From positions 10,733 through 74,732 of IMG/VR virus record IMGVR_UViG_3300037067_004979: a DNA stretch of 64,000 nucleotides; one strand, 5' to 3'. Positions 45,912 to 56,311 of this stretch are shown piece after piece (position 1 is the stretch's first letter; each line of letters opens with the position of its first letter). A program made the translations under genes and the position numbers. The DNA comes from a virus (Duplodnaviria > Heunggongvirae > Uroviricota > Caudoviricetes). The notes under the pieces were generated by a model that worked only from the letters and a program-made list of their open reading frames with translations, made no database searches and was not told the origin of the DNA.

Positions 45912-46631
45912 ATGCCAGGTTTTGGTTGGGTTAAGGATAAATTTGATATCAGAGATTTTAATGTCAGGAGTTTAATTACTCCAGAGAAAAAGCAAGCTCT
46001 GCTACCAAATCACTTCGTTGTCTATGATGGTACAATCATATATGATCAGGGTCAGACATCAAAGTGTGTTGCATACTCTGCTAGTGGTGTTAAGACAGAT
46101 CAGGAATTTATACAGTATGGTAAGCAATATCGATTTGATGCAAACTGGCTCTATTCTGAGTGTAAGAAGATAGATGGCATACCAAATGAAAATGGCACGT
46201 ATCCCAGAATAGCCTGTAAAATACTTCAGGAAAAGGGTGATAAACTAGATACATCAAATCTGTGCTTTCTTAAGAAAATGGTATCTGGTCCAGATAAAAA
46301 GTGGGGCATAGATTCCTACTATAGGATAGATATATCAAATACAGATGAGGACATCAAGCAAATTCTGTTTTCCTATGGTAGTTTTATAGCTGCATCATCA
46401 TGGTATAGCAATTGGATGGATAAGTTTACTGAGTTTCCAGAACCAAATGGCATTGTTGATGGTGGCCATGCCTATCGAATAATTGGCTGGAATGAAAAGG
46501 GCTGGATAATTGCTAACTCATGGGGTACCATTCTATGGGGTGACGGTGGTAAGGCAACAATGTCATATGATATTTTTAGAAGAAGGGTATTGTCTGAAGG
46601 CGACTGCTGGAAGCTAGTCGATTCAAAATAA
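45912..46631 (+). CDS. papain-like (C1 family) cysteine peptidase
   Basis: QGQTSKCVAYSA (Gln...Cys), GGHAYRIIGW (His), NSWG (Asn-Ser-Trp). Confidence 0.6.
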   Translation: MPGFGWVKDKFDIRDFNVRSLITPEKKQALLPNHFVVYDGTIIYDQGQTSKCVAYSASGVKTDQEFIQYGKQYRFDANWLYSECKKIDGIPNENGTYPRIACKILQEKGDKLDTSNLCFLKKMVSGPDKKWGIDSYYRIDISNTDEDIKQILFSYGSFIAASSWYSNWMDKFTEFPEPNGIVDGGHAYRIIGWNEKGWIIANSWGTILWGDGGKATMSYDIFRRRVLSEGDCWKLVDSK

Positions 46632-46640
46632 GGAGGAAAA

Positions 46641-47414
46641 ATGAAGGATAATTTAGATCAAATCATCGTAGCACTGTGTTCACTTGCTGCGGCAATAATT
46701 CTGTTTGTTTGGCCAGATAAGACACAGCTTGCAGGGTTGATAACCAGTACAGTTGGTCCTACTCTGTCAATTGTTGTTGGTATAATCTATACCTGGATTG
46801 CTGGTAGTCAGAAGATTGAGGTTGCTAAGCAGAGGACTGCTGAATTGCAGTACAAGTTAGCAATGCTTAGTCCGAAGGGAACTGGTGCAAAACCATCTGC
46901 AAGTACAATCCCAACATATACCTATACCAGTAAGGATGTTGAGATTGTTGAGAGTGAGGCAAAGGCAGATATTCAAGGTAACTCTCTAACTGTAGATAAG
47001 CTAAATTTTGCAGAGTATAACTATACTCACATGTCTAACTATGACTTGAGGCCTGTTGCAAGGGAGTTAAGGGTAGACCTAGCTAAGGAATTTCTTGATA
47101 ATGAGGTCTCACTGTTGAACGATGCCTGGGTGTTTGCTACAAACATTCAGACTCCACCAACTCCAGAGCAGGCGGCTAGTAAGTCAACAAGCATGTACTA
47201 CTTCAAGAAGGAGTGGGAAAAGGCAAATGGTCTTAAGTGTGGAGACAATGTGTATACCACAATGTCTACGCTGCTTGGGTACTACAATGGAACATACTCA
47301 GCTCTTTCTGGTGTAGAATCACTCATAGGCAAGACTGTTGATTACAGTGTGTTTGGGGGTGGTATGTTTAGTCCGACCTCACTGGGTTGGGAAGCTGCAA
47401 ACCTAGTTGTATAG
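46641..47414 (+). CDS. membrane-anchored hypothetical protein
   Basis: RBS AGGAGGAAAA; N-terminal TM helix. Confidence 0.45.
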   Translation: MKDNLDQIIVALCSLAAAIILFVWPDKTQLAGLITSTVGPTLSIVVGIIYTWIAGSQKIEVAKQRTAELQYKLAMLSPKGTGAKPSASTIPTYTYTSKDVEIVESEAKADIQGNSLTVDKLNFAEYNYTHMSNYDLRPVARELRVDLAKEFLDNEVSLLNDAWVFATNIQTPPTPEQAASKSTSMYYFKKEWEKANGLKCGDNVYTTMSTLLGYYNGTYSALSGVESLIGKTVDYSVFGGGMFSPTSLGWEAANLVV

Positions 47415-47427
47415 ATAAAGTGTGATG

Positions 47428-47464
47428 CCCGGTGATATAGATTTTTTCATGTCACCGGGTATTT
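47428..47464 (+). terminator. hairpin, possible terminator
   Basis: CCCGGTGA...TCACCGGG 8-bp stem, weak T tract. Confidence 0.35.
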
Positions 47465-47474
47465 AGGAGGATGA

Positions 47475-48968
47475 ATGGCAACAACCTTTCTGGTACCAAA
47501 GAATAATGCTGCTACAACTCTAAATGGGGATATAAATAACTCTGTAACCTCAATAGTGGTGACAGCTAGCTCTGTGTTTCCAACTACCTATCCATTTCAT
47601 ATCACAATTGATAGCGAGATCATGGAGGTTAATAATAATAACACAGGGACAAACACACTCACAGTTGAGGCCAGAAATGGTGATGCAGCAAAGTGTGAGG
47701 GTACTGCTGCAGCAACACACTCAAGTGGGGCTGTTGTTAGGTTAAATATCACAGCAAAGGCTATCAGTGATATCAGTACTGCAGTAAATACATTAGAGGG
47801 CTGTGTTTATCCAAGTGGTTCTACTTTTCCAACTGGTTCTACCGGTATGCTCTTTACACACTCTGTTACTGGAAGAAGTATCCTATATGAGTATGATGGT
47901 TCTTCGTGGATACCTTTATATTCTATTGGAGCCATGACGGTTTATGTTGATTCTACTGATGGAACAGATGATAGAGACCATGGTACTGCAGTAGATGCTT
48001 CAGCATTTAAAACTATACAATATGCTATAAATCAAATACCGCCTATATTTACTGGTAATGTATCTATTTATATAGCTGCTGGTACATATGCTGAAAGTAT
48101 TGGTGTTGTGGGTAAAACACCAAGTGGTTCTTATACTATTTCAATATATGGAACATTAATTGCTCATGATGCTGAAAATCAAATAATGGATGGTGATGGT
48201 GTAAAAGGAGCAACTACTTCTCAATCTTCAGTACATAAGCATGGTCTATCTGCTGATCATTATCAGAATCAATTAATTAAGTTTACAAGTGGTACAAATA
48301 ATAATTTATATAGAATAGTAGACAGTAATACTACTACAGATTTAATTTTGGTTGGTACCACATTATCAGCACAGCCGTTAACTGGTGATACCTTTACTAT
48401 CTACGATTGGGGAACTATAATAACAACCGTGACTATATCAGATTCACAAAATTTTGTTTATTTATATGATTTAAAGGTAGATGCTAGTTCAGCAGCAGCA
48501 CTTACGGTCGGTTTGAATGCTGTGGTTTATATAAATCGTTGTTGGTTTAATGGCTCTGGATTTTTATTTTATTCACAACGGAGAGGATCAATAAAACCAT
48601 ACTGGTCATTTCTTTCTTCTACCACAGGTAGCGTAGTTGGATATCATTGTGAAAATTCTCTTTGTGAATATAAAAGTTGTAAGGTTACAGTTACAAACGG
48701 TACAGGATTAACTTCTGCTAGTTGTTCATATGTAGATATTAATGCTTGTGTGATAGACGGTATTACGAAAGCAACTCAAGTAGGAATATCTTCAACTGGT
48801 GTTTCTTCATTTGTTTGTTCAGGTAGCCCTTATAATATTATCAGACATTTAGGAACAGGTGTAACTGCTTCTACAGGAGGTCAAGTTACAGGTACATCAG
48901 CTAATGTTTATACTGATAATACAGCAGATGAGTCTGCTACAGCGGCTTCATATGGATATATAGATTAA
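47475..48968 (+). CDS. putative tailspike/fibre with right-handed beta-helix (pectate-lyase-like) domain
   Basis: RBS TAGGAGGATGA; TIQYAINQIPPIFTGNVSIYIAAGTYAE; Thr/Ser/Gly-rich. Confidence 0.45.
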   Translation: MATTFLVPKNNAATTLNGDINNSVTSIVVTASSVFPTTYPFHITIDSEIMEVNNNNTGTNTLTVEARNGDAAKCEGTAAATHSSGAVVRLNITAKAISDISTAVNTLEGCVYPSGSTFPTGSTGMLFTHSVTGRSILYEYDGSSWIPLYSIGAMTVYVDSTDGTDDRDHGTAVDASAFKTIQYAINQIPPIFTGNVSIYIAAGTYAESIGVVGKTPSGSYTISIYGTLIAHDAENQIMDGDGVKGATTSQSSVHKHGLSADHYQNQLIKFTSGTNNNLYRIVDSNTTTDLILVGTTLSAQPLTGDTFTIYDWGTIITTVTISDSQNFVYLYDLKVDASSAAALTVGLNAVVYINRCWFNGSGFLFYSQRRGSIKPYWSFLSSTTGSVVGYHCENSLCEYKSCKVTVTNGTGLTSASCSYVDINACVIDGITKATQVGISSTGVSSFVCSGSPYNIIRHLGTGVTASTGGQVTGTSANVYTDNTADESATAASYGYID

Positions 48969-48976
48969 AGGGTTTT

Positions 48977-50128
48977 TTGATGTACAATGCTTACTTATAT
49001 AATGAAGCAGAATATAATAAACACTCATTTGGGGCAATTAAGACTACTGTTCTCATTGTCTCTTCTATATCCACACTCCTAAAAAACATAACAAAGAATT
49101 CAAATAGAGTAATTACATCTCTTATAACAGAAATGCATGGCTGTATAGCTACTATATTAAGAGCTATATTACTACAAGCTATTAATAGGAGTTCTAATAT
49201 TGAATTCAATAGATATCTAGATGTAATTACTGTTATGAGCTCTGTAATAGATATTCTCATTTACTATGGCAGATTAATCTTCGTAGAATTGATAATTAAT
49301 GGTGTGGATAGCCATACCACAAAATTTACTCGTATCATAGAAATATATGTTGATCTAATTCTCAACAAGATTCAACAGATAAATTTCAATATCACAAGAT
49401 ACTTAAGTATCATTATGTATACTGTGATCTATAGAATCATAGGTATAAATAGATTAATATTAATTGTCTTGAATATTCTAGATGTATTTAATAAGAAATA
49501 CGCAGATATTGAAGAGATAATCACAGCAGCAAAGGTAATGACTGCTAACAATGACTTTGTAATAAACTATAACAGAGACATAGATGATCTAATATATGCC
49601 GTATCTAACTTACTCTACAGAGGTAATCTGGTAAGAGATATAAGGGTATCTGAATTGATGGAATCTATGCTGATTAGATATATTAACATCAATAGAATCA
49701 GTGCAATAATATCTGTTATTGCTTGTATTGTATGGATAAACACTACCCTACATAGAATAATCACATCTAATCTATTGATATCACAGGTATTATCTAACTC
49801 AGTTAGATATATGAGATCAAGTGGGTTGATCATAAGGATGGAATCCAGATTAAGAAGAACATTACATGATATTGAGGTAATAATCATAACTGGTTTTGCG
49901 TTTATGGTTAGGATAACCAGGGGTTTTAGGAAATATCTATTCTCAATTGGTGTGTTAAGCCCAAGATTAACCAGGATATTAAACATAAAAAAGACGGTGA
50001 TAACTATTATTAAATTGGGGGTATTACCATTGTCATATTTTCTTAGTAGGAAGGGCTTGAAATGGATGAAATTCTGGGTTAGGGATTACTCTGTTAGTAT
50101 AAAGAAGACCTCAGTGAGATCATATTAA
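48977..50128 (+). CDS. Ile/Leu/Arg/Tyr/Asn-rich hypothetical protein (IRYN family member 1)
   Basis: MMYNAYLYNEAEYNKH N-terminus; extremely AT-rich. Confidence 0.45.
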   Translation: MMYNAYLYNEAEYNKHSFGAIKTTVLIVSSISTLLKNITKNSNRVITSLITEMHGCIATILRAILLQAINRSSNIEFNRYLDVITVMSSVIDILIYYGRLIFVELIINGVDSHTTKFTRIIEIYVDLILNKIQQINFNITRYLSIIMYTVIYRIIGINRLILIVLNILDVFNKKYADIEEIITAAKVMTANNDFVINYNRDIDDLIYAVSNLLYRGNLVRDIRVSELMESMLIRYININRISAIISVIACIVWINTTLHRIITSNLLISQVLSNSVRYMRSSGLIIRMESRLRRTLHDIEVIIITGFAFMVRITRGFRKYLFSIGVLSPRLTRILNIKKTVITIIKLGVLPLSYFLSRKGLKWMKFWVRDYSVSIKKTSVRSY

Positions 50129-50928
50129 TGACTACATATAATGATTATCTATACAATGAGGAAGTATATAACATACACCCTATAAGATATATTATCTCAT
50201 ATGTAAAATCACTTATTAATAAGATAAAGTTAATAATTCATGGTAGATGGTCAGAGGAATTTTTAATATCAGTAATTACCAGCGGGGTTTTAAGAAGGAT
50301 TGCGCCATCTAGCGTGCTATTTAATATTCTATTTAGATTAGATAATGTATTTATATTTAGAGGTTCAAGGTATGTTGAGTTTGATTTGATTGTATCTGTG
50401 ATACAATCAAATCTAAAAAAATCTAAGGCATATATTAGATATATACTTCTAGAGCTTATTCAGTTAAGAAAATTAGTGAGAAATATATCTATAATTAGGG
50501 GATATATATTATATATAACCTTTGCCTGGTATCATAGGGTAGAGAATACTATAGAATTCAGTAATATTCTGTATATCATTAACAAGATACATATTTATAC
50601 AAGATATATCAGGATAAATAATATATCTACTAAGCTATCTCTGGTATTATCAAGAAGATTATATAACTTTAGCCGTAAGATGGCTATTAGATACATATTT
50701 ATTATATATAAGAGAGTAAACTATACCGGTATATTCAGGTCTGTAATATCTTTGATATCATCAATTATAAAAATCTATGGCTCTAATGTTATTATTAAGC
50801 TAGTAGTTAGACGTGTTTGTTCACTTATAGGTCTGAAATATGGTGTTATAGAAGAACAGAGAAATACAAAATTTTTGGGAAGAGAGTATGTTGTGGATAT
50901 AAAGATAATATATGAGAGAGATTATTAA
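50128..50928 (+). CDS. IRYN family member 2
   Basis: MTTYNDYLYNEEVYNIH N-terminus paralogous to member 1. Confidence 0.45.
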   Translation: MTTYNDYLYNEEVYNIHPIRYIISYVKSLINKIKLIIHGRWSEEFLISVITSGVLRRIAPSSVLFNILFRLDNVFIFRGSRYVEFDLIVSVIQSNLKKSKAYIRYILLELIQLRKLVRNISIIRGYILYITFAWYHRVENTIEFSNILYIINKIHIYTRYIRINNISTKLSLVLSRRLYNFSRKMAIRYIFIIYKRVNYTGIFRSVISLISSIIKIYGSNVIIKLVVRRVCSLIGLKYGVIEEQRNTKFLGREYVVDIKIIYERDY

Positions 50929-51707
50929 TGACAACTGACACATTCTATGCTGTTGCTGATGATTCTATAGATAGATCAACTACAGAAGAAACTTGGGCTG
51001 CTAAGCATGATGCAGCCAGTGGTAGTACATTATATCAGTATGGATCTATAAATTTACTTTGTGGTTTGAGTGGTTATGATAGTCTTAGACGGTATATATG
51101 TACATTTGATACATCTTCAATTTCAGATACAGCTAGAATTACATCTGCTACTCTGTATATTAGGGGTTATTCTAAAACCAATGATCAAGCTGGGAGCTGG
51201 TTTCCTACCATAAATGTTGTTTCCTCAACACCAGCTTCAAATACAGAAATAGTAATTGGAGATTATGATCAATTAGGTACTTCAGCTCTTTCTTCAGCCA
51301 TAAGTTATTCATCATTTAGTAGTTCTGGCTGGAACAGCTTTTCTTTAAACTCTACAGGTTTGGATTTGATCAGTAAAGTTGGGTATACCAGACTAGGTAT
51401 TAGAGAAATGGTATATGATGCTGCGAATAGCCCTCCTTATATTTTTGGTGGAAATAGATTTGAATTTAGATTTTATGGTAATGAAAATGGCACCTACCCA
51501 ATACATTTGGAAGTTATATATTCCACACAAACCGATTATACAGAGTCTTTAAGCACACAAATTTTAAGGAGCTCTTCTTTTTCTAGAAAAGTGCCACCCA
51601 ATATTCATTGGTCTATGCCAGAAACTAAATCTGTGATAGATAGGGCCTCACTAAAAAAGAAAACAAATTATCATAGAGACTCAAAATATTGGAGATCAAG
51701 GTGGTAA
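50928..51707 (+). CDS. Ser/Thr-rich structural protein (fibre-like)
   Basis: 259 aa, ATGA overlap with previous. Confidence 0.45.
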   Translation: MTTDTFYAVADDSIDRSTTEETWAAKHDAASGSTLYQYGSINLLCGLSGYDSLRRYICTFDTSSISDTARITSATLYIRGYSKTNDQAGSWFPTINVVSSTPASNTEIVIGDYDQLGTSALSSAISYSSFSSSGWNSFSLNSTGLDLISKVGYTRLGIREMVYDAANSPPYIFGGNRFEFRFYGNENGTYPIHLEVIYSTQTDYTESLSTQILRSSSFSRKVPPNIHWSMPETKSVIDRASLKKKTNYHRDSKYWRSRW

Positions 51708-51710
51708 TGA

Positions 51711-52247
51711 ATGTCAGCTATTATAACAGTTTGTGAAAAGAACGGTGTTAGTGGTGTGGTATCATCTCTGGTTAATAACAACATCAGGTATTGTACATCT
51801 GATGCATTTAATCCAGGTACTCAATACACAATCCCAAATCCCACATCAGGTATACAGAGAAGTTACTGGAAGAGTATCTGTCTAGCCATATCTGGTACAT
51901 ACACACAGATTTCAAATATAAGATTATATATTATGGATCTGGTATGGTCTAATATAAATATATACATAGGTAGTCCTACTCTGACTACAGCACAGTATTC
52001 CATTGCTACTGGTACGCCAAGTGTATCTGGTAATGCCATGGTAGGTAGTCACCCAAACATAACCTCAAGAACATCATTATTTTCTTACACATCTAGTAAT
52101 ACATTTCTGGTTGATTCTAGTACATACACATATTCACCCTCTGTAATATACACCAAGCATGTTGTTTTACAGATGGAGGTTTTACCAGGTGTTTCTAATG
52201 GTCCTATTGCAGCAAAAAATTTAACCTGGATTTATGATGAAGTATAA
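51711..52247 (+). CDS. Ser/Thr-rich structural protein
   Basis: 178 aa. Confidence 0.45.
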   Translation: MSAIITVCEKNGVSGVVSSLVNNNIRYCTSDAFNPGTQYTIPNPTSGIQRSYWKSICLAISGTYTQISNIRLYIMDLVWSNINIYIGSPTLTTAQYSIATGTPSVSGNAMVGSHPNITSRTSLFSYTSSNTFLVDSSTYTYSPSVIYTKHVVLQMEVLPGVSNGPIAAKNLTWIYDEV

Positions 52248-52587
52248 GATTGGATGGCGTGTGTATTTTGATGATAATTCAGTACTCTCTCAATATAAGA
52301 TAAATTCATTAACTGAAACGTCATACTCAGAGGTAATAGAAAAGAGTAAAGCCTGTAATATAACTAGAATTGATTGGTTATATTACATTGGTATGGACTC
52401 CACAAATATTGAGATATTCTCTACTGTGGTTGAAGATGGGTCTGTTGCAGAAGTATTTAGTAGACACTATATTACCGGATCTAATGAGGTTATTGAATAC
52501 TGTGTTGCACTAAGTAAAAATGGTGTAAAGACAGTCTATTATATTTCACCAGATGGTAGTATCAAGACTGAAGTAACAAATGGATAA
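52234..52587 (+). CDS. hypothetical protein
   Basis: 117 aa. Confidence 0.4.
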   Translation: MMKYKIGWRVYFDDNSVLSQYKINSLTETSYSEVIEKSKACNITRIDWLYYIGMDSTNIEIFSTVVEDGSVAEVFSRHYITGSNEVIEYCVALSKNGVKTVYYISPDGSIKTEVTNG

Positions 52588-55500
52588 CATTGAAAAGTTA
52601 AGACAGATAAAAAAAGACAAGCGAGACGCTGTATTTAAAAAACCCAATGTAGTAGGCTTGTCTGTTGGTTATAAGGAAATACAGGGTATCCTAACTGATA
52701 CTCCGTGTATAAAGGTATTTGTCTCTAAAAAGATAGATAAGAAGAAAATCAAGAAGAGTGATCTAATACCAGAGTCAATTGATGGTGAGATGACTGATGT
52801 TATAGAGAGCATGCCAGAAGCTCTGGATGTTAGAACATCTAAGCAAAGACCTGCCTTTGGTGGTATTTCCATAGGACATCCAAGTATAACGGCTGGTACA
52901 CTTGGATGTTTGATTAATACTGGTGGCTCAAATTACATCATCTCAAATAATCACGTGTTAGCTGCTGTAAATACAGCAACCATTGGTGATTACATATATC
53001 AACCAGGTGTTTATGATGGAGGTACTGCCTCTGATATAATAGGCCGTTTAACAAAATTTGTACCAATAACTCTCTATGAAAATATAGTAGAGGATCCAAC
53101 TGTAAACTATGTTGATGGAGCATTGTGTTTACCAACAACTCAATCACTTGTAAATAACACAATCTATGAGGTAGGTACTTACTCAGGATTAGTTGTAGAG
53201 CCATACCTTGGACAGACAGTTACAAAATCTGGTAGAACCACAGGTGTTTCTGTTGGCACAGTCTCATCCATAGATTTTGAGGGCTGGGTTTCATACAGTA
53301 CACATGGTTATGGATATTTTGTTGATCAAATACAGGTTAGTGCTACAGTAGCTGGTGGTGATTCTGGTAGTGCTGTATTAGATAGTTCAATGGGGTTTGT
53401 TGGGCTTCTGTTTGCTGGTGGTGGTGGATATTATGTTGCAAGTAAATCTGGTCAGGTGTTTACTAGACTAATATATGGTAACTTTTCACAGTCTTCTATG
53501 GATTCAATCATAGGTGGTTTAGTACAAACCAATACAATGGATGCCTTTATAGGTACATATAACATGACTGTCATAACTCAGTATATGTCTGGGTTTAACA
53601 TAGATACATATACAGCATTGCGGTCAATTGTAAGAGATTCCAGTGGTACTCTTTGGTATGCAGATAAATTAGGTAGAGGGGCTGTTGGTGGAACCTGGGG
53701 TATTGTTAGAGTTTTTAACTCTGTTGATAATGGTGTTACCTGGTCTTATGAGAATTTAGCAGTGCCGGTTTTTCCATCTGGGGAGGGTATTGGTAATTTT
53801 TTCTATAATCCACACATAATCACCAATGGCCTAGATATATATGTTGTGGCATATGGATGGATTTTGCCTCACTATAATACATACCCAGTTGATTATGGTA
53901 TTTATGGATTTTATAGGAATCACACCACTGGTGTATGGAGTGGTCCTGAAGCTGTAGCATTAGCATCAGAAATAGGTATAAGCACATTTGGTAGTTATAC
54001 CATTGAACCAGCTGCAATATATGATGAGTTTGATAATATACATTTTGTCTGGTCAAATCTAGGCACCATACCATTTTATAGAAAAAAGAGTTCATCTGGG
54101 GTATTTTCTGCTATAGAAATACCAAGTGTTACTTACAAGGTACCAGGGGCTTTCTTTAATTCAGTGGCTCCATTAATCTTTATGGATAAAATTACAAGAG
54201 ATATATATCTAGTTATGCCTGGTTGTATCTATCCAAATTCAACTCCCTTTGTAATTTATTGTTTTGTTAAGGATTACATTACAAATCAATGGTCCACAGA
54301 GGTAGTGGATAGCTATCTAACAAATATATCTTTCTGGTCTTCTTGTATGGATAGTGATAACACCATACATGTTGTATATGGTGGTTCAAAGGGTAATCCA
54401 TATCTAGATATATACTATACAAAGAGAACTACATCAGCTGGGTGGTCTACACCCATAAAATTAGTTACAAATACAACGGGAGACGTATTTGATGCAGATA
54501 GTATATCATCTGATATAAATAACAATCTGTATGTTTTATATAATTCAAGATCTGGTGAATTACCAGACACCACAAAACCAACATTACACTTGATTAGATG
54601 TGTTTCTAATGTATGGCAAAGTCCAGAGATTATCATAGATAGTTCTGTTGGTGGTCATAGAGGTAGACTAATACATCAAAATACTCCAAATAATTATAAT
54701 TTGACAAAGAGTGGATATTATGGTAGTGCAGAAGATAGGATTGATTCTGGTACTATGACAGGATATTCAATTATGGCTATACCAGATAGTGCTATATTTA
54801 CTTCACAAACTACTAATTATACCAAGATAGTTGCAGCACCATTGATATTTTTAAATAGAATGGTTAGAAAAATTGCTGGTAAGAGAATAGAGAACATTAG
54901 ATTAATATTAACTAGAGTCTTGTCAAAACACACAAAGAAAAATGCAGAATTCCTTGTTGGTGTGTTGTCTTTTTATAATTTATTAACTAAGAAAGATAAA
55001 AATTCCCCAGAAGAATTCATAAGAAATTTTATAATCTCTATGAAGGTAATCCTTAATGATATATCTATAAATGAGATTGCTAGTTTCATTGTTGGTGTTA
55101 TAGTTAATCAAGTGAAGAAGAGGACTTCTGGTAAATTGATTACCAAACAGATATCACTATCAAAGAATATACAGAGTAGCCATGGTTTTATAAGATCTAT
55201 TCTATTACAATTAAAGACAAAGAGTTTAGAGACTAAGTTAATGGCTATATCAAAAACCATTCTTACCAGAATATACATGACAAACACTAGATTAATAAAG
55301 TTTATATCTAAATTAATTAGGATATCCATATATACACGTAATGATCTGGATTTTGATAATAAAAATATAAAGAGGTTTAGAGTAACTGGTTTTATTAGTT
55401 CAAAGATAAATAGATCAGTTAATTTGAGTAGTATCTATAAACCACCTATAATATTCAGTTCTGTTAAGAGATTGAATTGGCCTACAAGTGTTCTGATTAC

Positions 55501-55609
55501 ATTGTTATTTACCAGTGGTTCTAGACTTATTTATCTATATATAAAAGGCAGATTTATAAGTGTGTCTATATATCTTAACTCTAGCATGGATAGATTTTCT
55601 GCTATTTAG
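52580..55609 (+). CDS. 1009-aa multidomain fibre protein: trypsin-like serine protease + BNR/Asp-box domain + IRYN-like basic tail
   Basis: NNHVLAA (His), DGALCLP (Asp), GDSGSAVL (Ser) protease triad; SVDNGVTWSY Asp-box; last ~250 aa of IRYN composition. Confidence 0.55.
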   Translation: MDNIEKLRQIKKDKRDAVFKKPNVVGLSVGYKEIQGILTDTPCIKVFVSKKIDKKKIKKSDLIPESIDGEMTDVIESMPEALDVRTSKQRPAFGGISIGHPSITAGTLGCLINTGGSNYIISNNHVLAAVNTATIGDYIYQPGVYDGGTASDIIGRLTKFVPITLYENIVEDPTVNYVDGALCLPTTQSLVNNTIYEVGTYSGLVVEPYLGQTVTKSGRTTGVSVGTVSSIDFEGWVSYSTHGYGYFVDQIQVSATVAGGDSGSAVLDSSMGFVGLLFAGGGGYYVASKSGQVFTRLIYGNFSQSSMDSIIGGLVQTNTMDAFIGTYNMTVITQYMSGFNIDTYTALRSIVRDSSGTLWYADKLGRGAVGGTWGIVRVFNSVDNGVTWSYENLAVPVFPSGEGIGNFFYNPHIITNGLDIYVVAYGWILPHYNTYPVDYGIYGFYRNHTTGVWSGPEAVALASEIGISTFGSYTIEPAAIYDEFDNIHFVWSNLGTIPFYRKKSSSGVFSAIEIPSVTYKVPGAFFNSVAPLIFMDKITRDIYLVMPGCIYPNSTPFVIYCFVKDYITNQWSTEVVDSYLTNISFWSSCMDSDNTIHVVYGGSKGNPYLDIYYTKRTTSAGWSTPIKLVTNTTGDVFDADSISSDINNNLYVLYNSRSGELPDTTKPTLHLIRCVSNVWQSPEIIIDSSVGGHRGRLIHQNTPNNYNLTKSGYYGSAEDRIDSGTMTGYSIMAIPDSAIFTSQTTNYTKIVAAPLIFLNRMVRKIAGKRIENIRLILTRVLSKHTKKNAEFLVGVLSFYNLLTKKDKNSPEEFIRNFIISMKVILNDISINEIASFIVGVIVNQVKKRTSGKLITKQISLSKNIQSSHGFIRSILLQLKTKSLETKLMAISKTILTRIYMTNTRLIKFISKLIRISIYTRNDLDFDNKNIKRFRVTGFISSKINRSVNLSSIYKPPIIFSSVKRLNWPTSVLITLLFTSGSRLIYLYIKGRFISVSIYLNSSMDRFSAI

Positions 55610-55623
55610 AAAAATTTTGAATA

Positions 55624-55859
55624 CAATGATATACTCTATAAATAGGAGAGTATTAATTGGCAGAAATAGAAAACTGTCATCAATTCTTAAATATATCAAT
55701 ACACTATGGTCTGAGCACATACGTTTACCCAAGGTATATTATTTTAAATTTGAGAAGAGCTTAATTGTTATTAGAGCTTCTAATTCTGTGCAAAAATTAC
55801 TTGTACTAGGAAAAACCTGGGTCAAGTTCTTATATGATAATAAGACATTTAGATCTTAA
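55624..55859 (+). CDS. small IRYN-like basic protein (uncertain)
   Basis: Fills 270-nt gap; composition like IRYN family. Confidence 0.25.
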
Positions 55860-55882
55860 TGATAGGGGTTTTATAATTAACT

Positions 55883-56302
55883 ATGGCTAATGAGTTAAAG
55901 CATGCAGATCCAGGTGGTTCCTTACCAAAAGCTACATATACGAGTACAAGTGCCCATATAGCTGATGGACAGATTCTAGGGGATACATTTTATTTTAATG
56001 GTTCTACCTGGATCAGAAGACCCATAAATTATCAGAATGTAACTATTCAAACTGGTGGTACTTATTCTGTACAACTAAGTGATTTTACGGTTATTTGTAA
56101 CAATGCTACTGCAATTACAGTATCTTTACCAGCTGCCACTGGTACTGGAAGGATAATAGAGATAAAGAATATTGGGGAAGGTAATACCACAATTGATGGT
56201 AATAGTAGTGAAACAATTGATGGTGATTCTACACAGACATTATACCAGTGGGAAGGAATAAAAGTTGTGGATTATTCAGCTGGTGCCTGGATAGTACTAT
56301 AG
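55883..56302 (+). CDS. structural protein (fibre/baseplate-like)
   Basis: 139 aa, Thr/Gly-rich. Confidence 0.45.
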   Translation: MANELKHADPGGSLPKATYTSTSAHIADGQILGDTFYFNGSTWIRRPINYQNVTIQTGGTYSVQLSDFTVICNNATAITVSLPAATGTGRIIEIKNIGEGNTTIDGNSSETIDGDSTQTLYQWEGIKVVDYSAGAWIVL

Positions 56303-56311
56303 GAGATAATT

